Below are positions 13,854-26,680 of a DNA stretch of 64,000 bases, in pieces; within the stretch, counting starts at the first letter, position 1; every line of letters begins with the position of its first letter. The notes below the pieces were generated by a model. The model was not told the origin of the DNA and searched no databases. It worked only from the letters and a program-made list of their open reading frames with translations. A program made the position numbers and the translations under genes. Origin of the DNA: Amoebophrya sp. A120. Lineage: Eukaryota > Protista > Dinoflagellata. The stretch covers positions 798,722 to 862,721 of the forward strand of contig CAJINV010000017.1 of NCBI GenBank assembly GCA_905178155.1, in the 5' to 3' direction.

Positions 13854-16800
13854 ATGGGTGTCGGTGCCAGTAGTGGAGGAAGGGCCGCGCGGCGACATGT
13901 TGTGGCTTTCGTTCTCTTCGAGGAAATCCTGGAGGTTCAACATGCCCAGGGCAAGCGCAAACGAAAGAAGAAAAAGCCAGCAACGGATCCGTTCTCCGAA
14001 TCGGACGGTGGGGCGTCTGACCCAGGCGACCTCGACCGGCGGCGCAAGACAGTGCGAAGCAGCACGACCGGGCGAAACAACTCAAGCACCCGGAACAAGG
14101 CGAAAAACAACAAGCGAAAAGCAGCAAGTCAACATGCCAAGAACACTTGGGACGGACTCACAAATCACGTGGAGGAATGGCTGGACCCTGAGTGGAAGGA
14201 TTTATCGATGGAACGAGAGAAGTTCTCGGGGCTGGAAACGGGCCACGGTCGAGCGAAAAGAGCGCGACACAAAAATCGCGGGAGGAGCAACAAGAGCAGC
14301 AGCAGTGACCGGGACTCCGACTCCGGCGGGCGGAAGAGGACCCAGACCCGACCGACCATCGCTTCGGACGAAGAGCTAGCGTCGGTTGAACGCCGGCGAG
14401 CGAACACTGGGGCGGAAGAGGAAGAAGGAGCTCTAGCTCTTGAAACGGGTCGTGCTGCGTCATCATCATCTGAAGAAACCCAAACCCCGGGAACGAGCGG
14501 TACTGCAGAGGGGCCTAGCGCAGGCAGCACGTCTGAGCCGGATGCTCCTGATTCTGGTAGAAGTGGCGCTTCTGGTTCTGGACTGGACGGGGGTCGTGTT
14601 GAAGAATCGTCGGCACTGCAGACGAGAAACGCTAAAAACAAGTGGAATCTCGGTGGAGATGCAGGGGCGGCCTCGGAACCACACGCAGCTGCGCCGGAGC
14701 AGGAGCAAGGTAAAGCTAAAGAAGACGCTTCGGACAGCAGCAATGCCGACGTGAGCTCCGCGGATCATCATCATGATCACGGTCTTCATGGCCATGATGG
14801 CCACGGTCATGCAGCTGAGGAGCATGAACATGAAGATGATCCGGAGGACGCAGCTCGGTACGAGTTTCGAACCTCGGAGAAAACAAGCACTGCAGCTCGA
14901 ACCGACGCGCTCCTGCAAACGGGCGGCGCAAAAATGACGAGTCCATCTTCTACCGAAGCCTCCACACTTCTGGAGACGGAATTGGGTTCAGCTGTTTCTT
15001 CGCAAAACCAACAGGGCGGTGAAGAACATGACGCCAAGAAAGAACCGATGCCGAGTAGTTCAGACCCTGAGCCTGATCATGCACATGCTCAATCCCTCAG
15101 CAGCTTGCCTGACGAGCATGCACCAGTTCCTGGGCAAACTGATGACCAACCGGCTCCCGAAGGGGTTGGCCATGGCCGGCGCATGGACGCCGACGAGCAA
15201 GCAGGATCTGTTTTGGAAAAGCAAGAAAACGCCGCAGACCCGGCTTCCCATGGTCATGTTGCTGGTGGAAACAGAGACTTTCTTGAAGGCACTGGTACTG
15301 CAAAACCCGAGGGTCACCAGAAGGAGGACGCAGCGTCTGTGACGGAACCCCGGGGGGCCGGCGCCGAAAAGAAGCACGATCACCAGCATGGTGCTACCCC
15401 CAGCAAGAGAAATCCGGAAGAAGAGGAAGAGTCTCTGCCGGCCTCTGAGGATGATGCATCGACGTCCAGAACGCCGCAGGATGAATCGACGGCTTTGCAG
15501 CTTTATACTGCGGAAGCGCAAGCACAAACAGCGGTATTGGGAATGTTTGGAGCAGCCGTTTTTGGTGCAGTTCCGGCTGCTATTGGACACGGAACAGCAT
15601 TGTTGGCGCCTCTGATCCTGGATTTTATGCGTGAGCACATGATTTTCCTATTTCTGAGGTTGATTCCAGAGTTCGTGAGCGGCGAAGATAATAGTGTAAG
15701 AGTGGAAGTAGTTGATCCAGCGGTGGTGGAGGGAATCGTGGCAGGAAGGGAAGACGTCGGCGCAATGATGAGAAATTCGAAGATAACGATCGTCTTCGTT
15801 GCGCTTGTCATGATGGCCATCGGATTATACTTCCCACCTGCGCATGGATGCGCTCATCCACTGCGCGATGCACTACTTGAAGATGGCCGGAGGTGTGGGA
15901 GGGCTCTTGTCGCCGGAGGCGTTCTTCGAGGTGGTTCGAGTGGCTTTTCAAAGCATGGCCACAGCTGTTCACTACGTGTACAGTGGGTACTTTAGACACA
16001 GCGTTGGAGCAGAGTCTCTTTTGATGGACCTTGGGAAAGCAATTGGAAAGGATATTGTGAACACGGGCGTTTTTTTCGAATGGCAATATGCGCTGTGGGG
16101 TCTAGCGAGCTGGGCAGAGATGTTTTTACACCCTATACTTTCCAGGGTATTTCCATTTGTACACCACAATAAGGATGCTATCTCACTTCTGGTCCCCCTT
16201 TTTCTCAGTGCCTGGTTCGAGCAGACGGAAAGGGATGAGCTAGAGGGCCGACTGCAAGCTGTGAATCCGGGTTCCCTTCGAAATAAGGTCATTGGCGGTG
16301 ACCGGGAATCCCAGAGCACGTCCTGGTCGAGAAACTGGCAGTACTTTGCGGCTCATACGGTTGCGAGTGTTCCTCTTCTTGATCTTCGTCCCTTAGCAGT
16401 GTGGATCGGCCCAAAAAGCGGAACCTTCGAACTTGACGTGCGGTGGTTCTACGACGACAAGTTTCGGGAAAAGTTCGGGAAGGATTACCTCGAAAAGGTC
16501 TTTGAGCAAGTGGTTCAGGTATCTTACGATGTTATGCAAGAAAGATACGCACCATGCGATGCCGATATTACGCATCCGGCTCAACTGTGTAGTCTGTCAG
16601 TCCAGTACTGACGTTGCATGATATTTCAATTTCTTGAACGCAAATACATGTAGATGTAAGCCTTTATTTATTCTTTATCTTTACCGAACTCAATCAAGTG
16701 ACGACTGTATCACTCGTTCTTTCCGAAAAGAGCGTTAAATAAAGCTGACCGCCCTCCTCATTCATAAGAGCTCCGCATGGTGTCCTTTTTTTCTTGGATA

Positions 16801-19800
16801 GCTGTTCGAGAAGGTGATAGACAAGGGGCATCGGCTATGCACTCCGGGTCCGGTCTCGACAAAGATGAGAAGACTAGAATAATCATCGATTGGCTTGCAG
16901 GATATGAAGGCTGTGTGGACAAATTGGTAAAGATTCACGAGGAAACTTGGGCAAAATGGAAAGCCACGACGAACACGTGGGCTGACAGACACGAGGCCGA
17001 GTCGGACCCCGCAGCGGCGCAGGTGGAGGAGGCGAAAGCGTTGCTGTGTGGGAACAAGCCAGATGAAGAGCAGCAACAAACTCAAGGTTCATCTTTTACT
17101 TCTATGGAGCGGCGAAGAACGTGCGTCGATTTCATGGCCGCCCTGCAGTACCACTTGGCCTATATTAAAAATGCGAAGGGGCAGAGGCCCTACGAAGTGA
17201 CGGTTTGCGGCAAGCCCGTTCACACGGTCAAGCTTGTTCGTTTTCTGGAACAAAACTCGAAGGATCAAGTTAATTGCAAGGTCACAAGATTGGGCCATAG
17301 CTGGCTAGCGCAGGAGTTGCAACTCGCTAGCGTGGAAAAAGAGCGCACAGACGAGGCGGCGAAGTGTAAAGACGCTTTGGACGATTTCTACGCCGACACA
17401 GGTTCATCTTTGGGACCGCTCGAACAAAGAGACTGCAAGGCCTTGCTCGACCGCTTCATGCGCATGAGCAAGACAAAAGTCTTCCAATACCAATTCTGGG
17501 AGCCGAGCACGTCATACACCGAAACAGCACCAAAGCTTGGTGAGAGAATCAAGGATTGGGGCAACACATGCGTGGGTGAGACCTCGCTTCATCCTGCGGA
17601 TGTACTACCTCGGTTTTACGAAGAGGTCGAGAAGGCGGGAATGTTCGGTGGGATCATTGAACGGAAAAGCGTGCTGTTGAAATTCCTACCAGGTGATAAA
17701 AAGGGGAAACTATTCGACGGGCCTGCCCGTTTCTATGTTGAAATTCAAGACGGCGCTGGAAGTGAGGCTGAGTTCAAATTGTTCCTGACCGAAGACATGA
17801 GGAGCAGCATCAGGAGTGCAGTGGATGCCGCTTCGCGCGACGCTGAGCCGCTCACCGGGGTAAGGGCAGCTTTCGAGTCACAGGAAGAGATGGGGACGAG
17901 CACGCGCCTTTGCATGTCGCAGATGCAAGCTGAGCTGGATCTTCACAATGGAAAAACGCCACGTAAAGAGTTGCTTATTTGCTCACTGCCGGAATGCAGG
18001 GACTTTCGCCTCCAATTTCAAAAATTTCGGCAGGAACATTGGGTTTGGGAATGGAACACGCCGACAAAAGCGACGCCTGCGATTGCTTCTTCCTACTCAT
18101 CGTCGTCGTACCTGAAAGAAATCGCCCAACCAGCACTGTGTTGGGATGATTTAGCACTGCAGAACTCGCACGGCGTAATCACGTTGATGCAAGGCATGGC
18201 AGGCACCTCCCTTACCGAGTTCGGACAAACACAGATCAGAAAGATCATACAAGAAGTAATAATAACTCATGATCCGGCGTGGCCGGAAAAGTTATTGGAA
18301 CTCAAAGGACCAGCCGAGACCCTTTGCGACGTCATGGCCAAAAACGAGAACATGCGCAAAGTTGTAAACGAATTTAATTTCCGAGCTGTTCCTGCACAAG
18401 CACACCTGTCCATCCAAAGCAATGGAAGGCCGTTGTGGCAGGACAACGAGCGACACGGCAGCTCTGCAGCTTTTTGGCGCGATGAGTTGGTGTGCGAGGG
18501 AATGCCGGCGATCTCTGAGTTTCTTCATCAGGTGGAGGAGGCTGGCGGCTTTTTCAGTAGCGTGCGCGGTGCCCATGCCATTCGATACTTGCCGAAGCGA
18601 TTACTTGACACGCACGAAGTAGAACAGCTACTTGATGCCGCAACGGCAAGAAGAACTGCTCACACTACGCTGTCGCTGAATGCGCAGGTGAGAACTGGAT
18701 TAGTGATGGCTGGCCGGATGGCGATGGCCCTACCCGAGCACGATTTCGAAAATGATGGTATGAAGAGCTCGACGATGCTCTCGTCGTGGTGGGTCCAGAA
18801 TGACGCAGAACTTCAACTTCCCAAGCGTACTCTGAAATGCATGAAGGCGATGCCTGCTAGTGCTACTCAGAGAATTGGGATGGGAGAGCAAGAGCCTGTC
18901 ATTTGCACACTAGAGGCCTGCCGAGATTTCCGTGAGGACTTCAAGGACTTCGCCGAGACCTTCTCGGCAATGAAAGACCCTAATATAAATATTTGGGAGT
19001 CTGGGTTGGATGGCGAGGCCGAGGCGTTGAAGTCGATGACAACACCACTCGCACTGTGTGGAGATCATTTGCCGGTGACAGATGCCGATGTGGTCATTTT
19101 CTTAATGCAGCTGATGCGAAGGAGGTTTCTCACACCAGATGGGGAGCAAGTAGTCACCGGCCTTGTCCGCACGCGCGTACGGAGTGGAAGCCTGACACAG
19201 GAGATGAAACGCTCAGAAACCATCTGTGCCGTATCGGCCCATCTGAAGGGTGTCCACGATGTGCTCGAAGAATTTAACTTCGAGTCCTTACGGAGACAGC
19301 TCCTCGCCAGAAGTGTCAGCGGCAGCTCTTCTCCTCCACTTTGGGAACCAGTCCAAGAAGAATCCGACCAGGGCAGCGACGTCGCCCGCCTTCGTGGAAA
19401 GGGCGTCGACTTTGGGCTAATTGAGTGCAGTGGAATGGTGTTGCCTTTCTTCACTCAGTTTCTTCACGAGGTGGAGCTCGCTGCGAAATTTATCGACCCC
19501 TACCTTTATTCATCACCAGGAGACGAAAAAACCGGAGCGACACACAGACAAATTCAACTGCACCACAAAACAGGAAACAATCCCTCTCTAACAGACGCCA
19601 TGAAAGTGGAGCTGTTGTGGGCGATCCGCTTGGCAAGCAACGGAGTGAAGCCAGGAATGACAGGCCAGGTGGGCGGAATTGCGGCCCAGTGGCAGACTTC
19701 TCGCGAAAATCAAAAAAGCACGGTGGAGGAATGCATGAAGGCCGTGCAAGCGCACTTCGTGCAAGAATCATATCCGCCGCTTATTTGCCTACTAGAGAAG

Positions 19801-20469
19801 TGCGATGCCTTTCGTTCACATTTTAAAGGAAAGGTGAGGACCAAACCAGACGCAAGCCGTGTCTGGATAAGTCAGTCTGCTCTAGACGTCAAGGGCCTGG
19901 CATTGTGTGGCGATCATCTGGAGATTCAACGTGCGGATGTTGTTATTACCCTGATGCAGCAGATGCAAGAGGCATTGCTCACTGAGTCCGGAAGGGACCT
20001 AGTTAAGCACCTCCTTGCGCCCTCACCTGAACGATCAGGGCAGGAGGAGTGCCATACTGATCTGCACCTCGAAAAACGGCCAGGGTCAGAGACTTCGTCG
20101 GTGGGCGCCAAGGACGAGTTGATGAATGTCGCTACGTTACAATTAACGCCAGACTCTACACTGTGTAAGCTCGTCGAAGACGATTTTACAGTTGCAAAAA
20201 TGCTCGATAAATTCAACTCATGTGTCCGTGACCGTGTGTCGGAAGCTGCGCCCCCGGCTGAAACGAGTACGAGTGCCGATTCTATTCCTACGTTATCGTA
20301 TTTTTTGGGGTGGTCGTTGTTCTCGACGACCACGGTATCGAGTCCCAATCCGGCACTGGCTTTCTGGGAGGGCACGGATCCTCACGCAAAGGTAAAGCCA
20401 CTCTATGGGGGCGTGGAGTCGTGTTCCTATTTATCACGACAAAGAACAATTCTGAAGCGGCAGCGATAA
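13854..20469 (+). CDS. ~2,076-aa predicted membrane protein: low-complexity N-terminus, hydrophobic segments, tandem Cys-patterned ~300-aa repeats
   Basis: GT-AG introns 15807-15882 (76 nt) and 16592-16900 (309 nt) fuse ORFs 13854, 15844 and 16777 in frame. The second junction yields QLCRYEGCVD, matching the repeat motif ICSLPECRD/ICTLEACRD/ICLLEKCDA. True start uncertain. Confidence 0.7.
17977..20220 (+). repeat. Protein-level tandem repeats (~294-308 aa period)
   Basis: IC-x4-C-xxF at 17977, 18901, 19783, each followed by ALC(W/G)D.L....VI.LMQ.M...LT..G and T(L/I)C..........FN, and preceded by C.G....F..EVE.A..F and CM; degenerate copies upstream (~16588/16913, ~17120). Confidence 0.85.
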
Positions 20470-21554
20470 AAACAGAGTAATTAGTAAAGCTCATTGCTAA
20501 ACTGTAGTGTTCATCTAGTTGCTGCATGTTCAACAGTATATGAATATCGAGACGAAGGTGTCCTTCCCCTTCGAAACGAGAAACGTGTTAAGAGACTCAA
20601 GGTGCAGCAGCAGTTTCGGACGATGCGCCAAAAAGTACCAGATACCTGCGTAAAGTTTTTCCTTTTTTATTTTTCTGCGAAGAAGAGTCGACATAAATTA
20701 AAAATAAATAAACATATATAAGAAACCCTCAGTCAATGCGTTTTTAGGAACCGAAAGTCTTTTTGTATAGTGTATTTCTTTTTAACTCATTTTTAGAACA
20801 ACTCATGAGTTCGAGTTCCCGTTCGGTTTCGCGCACCTTGTCGTGTTGTGTTATCGTCATATTTTTTTCATGGAGATAAACATGTTTGCGCAGTTGTTGC
20901 TCTCCGTCCACACTGCCGTGTAGCAGTAGCGTGGCCGCGGTGCCGCTGCAAAGCATTGCGACGCTTCCTGCCCCGGTCTATAGAGCTACTTACTATGATG
21001 AGAGGCCACGGCCTCGCCCGCCGCACCCCTAACGCTCTGACGTGATAAACATAGAGGAAGATCATGAACCGAAACTAAGTTGGCTAGTTGTGTAAATAAA
21101 GCATCAGGATAATTCGAAAATCTTCACGACCGCTACCAGCTGCTGGTCGTAGCCAAGCACGTCTGTTCATCGGTAACGGTAAGCCTCATTTTTCGTTTGA
21201 CCATATCCGCATCGTGGTGCTGATTCGACTCCCACTCGATGAACTAAAAGAAATGGAATACTGTTACTCATGAGTATGAGTAAGTACCACACTCGGACAA
21301 CGGGAGTGGTGTTGTGATGCATGGATGTGGTCAACGAATACGAACTTCAAGACCAAGCTCAGGTCAGTCGTGTCACATTTTCCCTTCGACAATGATGATT
21401 CCGATAGGCATTGTTCTCTGAAGGGGGCGACTTAATACATTTACGTTTAGCGTACAACCATGTATTTGTATTTGATTGTCCTTTCGGAGCGATCATGTGA
21501 GTTGGTGCGATCTCTCCCATTGGACGTTTTCAGGGTACCCGGGAACCTCTTCTT

Positions 21555-22442
21555 CCCACGCTGCGTATAGGCAAGTTCGCCCTTCGGGGTCCCGTCTCGG
21601 CGGACTTCACATACATCAGTTTGCAAGACGGCCGGTGATCCATCGCTGCAGGTTTGCCGAGGCGATTGGTGAAGCCCGTCGGCTTTTCTTTTTTCTCAAT
21701 TAATTGCAGGCTTGCTGGTTTTTTTTTCCCGCAGCAGCAGGCTGTTAGTTATTGGGGCGTATTCACAGCTTCTGGTCCCTGTCTGTGCGGTAGGATGCGC
21801 TTCGGTCTTATTCTTTTAGACTCATTTGCCGCCTTGCGACGCGCACTTTTTGCACTGTCCGCCCTGCCACTGGTCGAGAAGCTGGGTCGGTTTTCATCAT
21901 ATACTCCAGGGTGGACAAGAATCTTTGCACCACCTGGGTCGGTGTTCGACGGTGATTTGGCTGTGAAGCTGGTTTCGTGCTTATAGCCTAGTTCTACTAG
22001 CCTTTCCAGAGATTTCAATCGTTGCCTAGTTCGATTTTCCTTTCCATGTTTTTGCAGAGCCGCATTCTCTGTGATTCCTCCTTGTCTATGCATTTCCCAT
22101 AGCTGTTTCCGAGCCGCTTTTTTCGGAAGCGCTATGATCGCTCGTGTTGCCGACATTTGTATTCGCGGAGCCGCACCCTCCACTGCATTGTGCCGGCGCC
22201 TCATTGTACGATGTGCGAGCTGGGTACTTCGCTTGGCACTTTTGTGAGATTTGTACATCGCCGAAAACACTTTTTGCTTTTACCGATCTTGATCTTTTGT
22301 AGGGCGCGCAGATTTGTTATTTCCATTATTTTACGACTTTCATGTATGCACGCACAGATAGTTGGTGCCCTGTTTCTGGGGTATTCGGGAGCCGCATCCT
22401 CCCCCGCTGGGTATAAGCGAATTCGCCCGTAAGCGTCCCGTC
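21555..22442 (-). pseudogene. Degraded minus-strand coding relic with internal duplicated motif
   Basis: DGTPKGELAYTQRG (21555-21596) and DGTLTGEFAYTQRG (22401-22442); 4 of 9 nt differences are synonymous third positions; surrounding frames are broken. Confidence 0.35.
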
Positions 22443-25400
22443 GTTGGCGGACGGAAAAAAAACCGCCGGGTGTTGCGAAGCTTCATGGTAAAACTTGGTA
22501 AACAAACCCATGAATAAATCTAATGAATATGTCTGAATCAATCTGTATGCATTGCAAGTTAGTAGCAGATGGGTCTATGTCTACTCTTATTCTCTCGTGG
22601 GGAGGTCAACACAAGAGTAGAATACTACCGCTCGGTGGATGATTCGTTTGCCCTATCGTTGTCGTACCGTCGGGGTGTTGTCGCATGATCGTGTTGTAAC
22701 CCATCGTTTCGAGCGGGAGCTCTTATTGTTCAGCTGTTAATCTTCTTGCTTCTTCAGTAGTGGAGCAGCTGCACAGCAAATTGTATTTGAATTTTTTTTT
22801 GAAGCTGAGCGCTTGATTCATGGTGCGGCACTAGCGGTCAGTTCTGGTGACGTGAGCTCACAACGAACTGCATGACCAGTGTTTGGATGAACTGCTTTAC
22901 CTTTTTGTCCAGTTACTGAAATACAAATAACATTTTATATATGATTTGGATCTGCCTCAAACATCTTTTCTTCCAGAATAAAGGGCGTCAATTCGTTTTC
23001 GATCCATCTCCATGCGATACAGATACGCCTCAATTTGCTAGACTTGTTTGAGTAGATATAGAAATACGATGACAACCATGTCAGCTCCTTACGAGATTAC
23101 GCAGATGATTATCCCAGGGAAAGTATCATTGATTTTGAATCAGTTGTGTCATGAAGAAGTGCAATTTATTTTTGCACATCAGTTGTGCCAGCATTACAAC
23201 TTGCATCTTCATCAAGAGGATCATGGTGAGAACTATGCGGTATTGATCTGCGCAATCCGTGTTTCCTTCGTGCCCGCTTTCTTCTTTCTTTGCATGCAGC
23301 AAAATCTTGGGGCTGGGACATGCATGCGGTCACGCTTTGTGGTGACGTTGATCAAATTGTTCGTGGAACATGATGACATGCCGTGTGATTCAAGATTTCA
23401 CCCGGATAATCATTGCCAGTTTCTGGGAGAAGCTGAGCAGCCTGCAGCCCGGCACCTTGACGCACTACCTGGGGAATCTGTCGATTGCGTATCCCATATT
23501 TAGAAAACCTACCCACGACCCGCTGCGCTACATGTAAGAGAAGACAGTTTGATATCCATATCGTGTATGTTTAGCAGTGCCTTTCTGCGGCAGCAGAAGT
23601 GGCAGAACTTGCCTACAGGTAAAAAAAGGAACAGGAAGGTGCAAAACACAAGGGATGTTTTCGAAGCGCTTCTACTCGGCGCGCTACAGTATCGGCCTGC
23701 GCCTGATGGATTCTCATACACCAAAAGCATAAAATTTAGTGATCTGCACCTCCTGCAGTTGGTACCATTGATTCTGTCGGTTAGTGCGGCCGTCGTGGGG
23801 AGGGTTCTTCCGCTGCATAAGGTACAGGGCCTGCACATTCTCGATATCATCATCATTGTGGTGGATTTGTTCCTCATCTTCGACATCTTCATAAATTACA
23901 GGTAAGCACGTGCTACAAATCGCACCAATGTTCATGTGGATTTATCGCACAACAACTCACTGGAACTGAACTGGAACTGTTGCAGTGGTTCTTATCTCGT
24001 TTCCGAATCTTTTTCCGTGCCGTACAGATTAGTAAGGCCCACATGTGATGCTGATGACTGTCCGATTGTGAATCTGAAAAAACACGGAATCATCAGGTCC
24101 CAGGCACGTGACGTGGTGCGAAAAATGCGGGCCATTGGCAACTGCTGCACCCAATCGTGACAAAGACCAGTGCTGCGGTTGTGATGTTGATTACTAGTAC
24201 AGTGTAGAAGTCCACGTAAGACTTTTTCGAGGTTTTTTTGTAAGATCTTCGTAGCGCGGTGCTTCTGGTGCACTGCAGACTGTATCTTCGTGACATGCAT
24301 TTCGTAGAAATAAAGTCCTGCCGCGCGGCCCGGATATTTTGTGTATACTTACTTTGCAGCTTATTGTACAACATCACATGCATGAAATTAAACCCATCGG
24401 ACGAGTTAGTGTTGTATTCACTTCGAGAAGACTAAAATCAAAAAATTGAGTTTTGACTTTGAGTCCGGTCTGGCTCTGGACGACAAACCACAATCAGCAT
24501 AAGCGCTGATCTCGACAGAGACAGTGTTAATTTTTAGGGATAACTCCGATCGTGATCGTGAAGAAGATTCACTTTTGTGTTCAGTCACAGCCGTCCTTCC
24601 CGGCATTGAAGCGTAAGTAAAGAACAACATAAAGATAAACTCTAAAGACCGCTTTCATACACTCTACGAATGTCTTATGAACAAGAAGAAACACAAGATC
24701 AACGGAGGGAAGACAGAAATTCAAGATCATCAGAAAAGTGAAATCAACTTTTACGACATCCATTTTTTGGAAGTAGCGCATAGAGCACAAAGATTTGAAG
24801 CTGCAAGTGAGATGGATGATGAGTAAGCTGTACTTCTACACGGATTCGTCCGTACTATGTGGCTTGCATATGCCTACCGAACGCTTCACCAAGATTGATC
24901 TGTCTCTGAATCATACACTCTAGTCGTAGAAGTTTTTAGTGATGGAGGCATTGTACAAGCTGTTTCGATACACCAGTACCCATTGTCAAATAAAATGACT
25001 AACGTAAATATAAAGAGCGATAAGAAAGTTCGTAATCTACTTCATCTGGAAGCGCCAGACAATTCCAATGAATGATTGCAATTATGACGTCCACGAAAAG
25101 ATAAAGAGTTTCGCTAAGGACGCAGGCGGTTTTGAAAAATTGACCGGCTCGGTCCGGATCATGAGACCAACCTATACAGAAAAAGTAAGAAAGAGAAAGG
25201 TACTAGCACTCCTGCAGCGTCTAGTAGAGTTGTACCACAATCATGAAACAACAACGAACGATTTTGGTCTTGCGGTGAATCGCTATCCTAGACAAACAAT
25301 GACAATACATACTAGCATAAAAGAAATCCGAAGACCAGAAGAGGTGTAGTAGCTTAAGCAAAGCGCCGCATATTAATCCACACTCCGGCTGCTGCGTTGG

Positions 25401-26680
25401 TGGAGAAAGCTTTATTTTGAAATTACTCACTTGGTTGGTGTAACTCCAAGAATTTTTCATCTCACCCACAGAAGTCACTTATTTGGCCGTAAGAGAGGAT
25501 GAAGTAGTAAGAGCACATTTTTGCAGTCGCTTAGTACCAGGCTCCTAGAACTTCTAGTAGGCACAAGAACAAGAACAAGTTGATGTCGTAGCTTTTCCAG
25601 TACAGCGATGACAAAGAAGTAGAAAATAAAGCAAGCTGATTTGAGTACCTGACTCCGATGCAAGAAAGATGGCAAGATTTACTTCTACCGCAAATGTCTA
25701 CTTCTACTGCTAGCTGCGACATCATCACGCAGCAGGACGGCGTCGACAACTGTAGGAACCCGTTTTCCGGAAGTTGTAAAGCAGCACTATGAACTTGAAG
25801 CACTAGTACCAGCACAGAGAGCACAATAAATCGCACAGAAGCTGCAAAACATAAACAACTTCGTCGTCGAAGAGAAGACCTACAAGGGGGGCCGCTGAAG
25901 AAGTGCAGCAGCAACAAGTAGAACTCAAGTTGATGTAAGTTCAAGTATTAAATGCAGCATTTTTTGCCAGCTTACCTATGAGCAGCCTCACCAAGCAAGA
26001 TGACATCAATCCTCTGAGTACGCCCGCTGAAGAGACGACGACCGCAACGGATGCAGAGGGCGCATCCTCAAATGCCGATGAAGAGCAGCTGGTCAGCTGT
26101 CCAAGTAGAAGCGAAAAAGGCGAGAACGTAAGGGTTGCAAACGATTATATGACAGGGTCATGAGCAGGGCGCGCTGGAGGTGAAGTGAAGTTCGCTGTTT
26201 GTCGTCATATTCTTCAGAAGCTGATGAAGACAAAGACTGTTGTTCAGCGAGAACGACGTCAGACACTGATGCACTTGTTATGCATGATTCAAGGGCACCG
26301 GAACGATGACGATCTGATGCTGCTGTATCTATCTTTCAAAGTTTTCTGGTGTTGCAGCAGCATAGTGAACAGAAAAGTAGTCCAGTTTATATTAGTGCAA
26401 GTGCGCAGAAGTCTTCGCAATTACAGTTTCTGTGTTATGATTTTGCTGGATTCTGTAAAAGATTTGACTGCTGGCGCTGTAGCTATTGCTCAGCAGCACA
26501 GCAAGGCCAAGAGTTGTATAGTAGAGCGACATATAGGAACATGAATGGATGCGAGTTGTAAGTGCTTCGTGCATTCGTCATCTTCATTCCAGACGCCCCT
26601 CTTGACCTTGTCGCGATTCTCCACCTTGATACGACGCTCGGATTGGGACCACCACTGACATTAACTACCTCAGCCAGAGC

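Noticed and set aside
15810-15850. Apparent +1 frameshift between ORFs 13854 and 15844
   Set aside because: A 76-nt GT-AG intron (15807-15882) or a 70-nt direct-repeat-bounded excision explains it without frameshifting.
20428-21053. Possible TAT...ATA element (ttatcacg/cgtgataa IR) at the end of the repeat-protein gene
   Set aside because: No matching 5-bp TSD (gttcc vs gagga) and no convincing downstream exon.
23040-24400. Broken coding-like minus-strand stretches
   Set aside because: Multiple stops and no identifiable RT, integrase or transposase motif.
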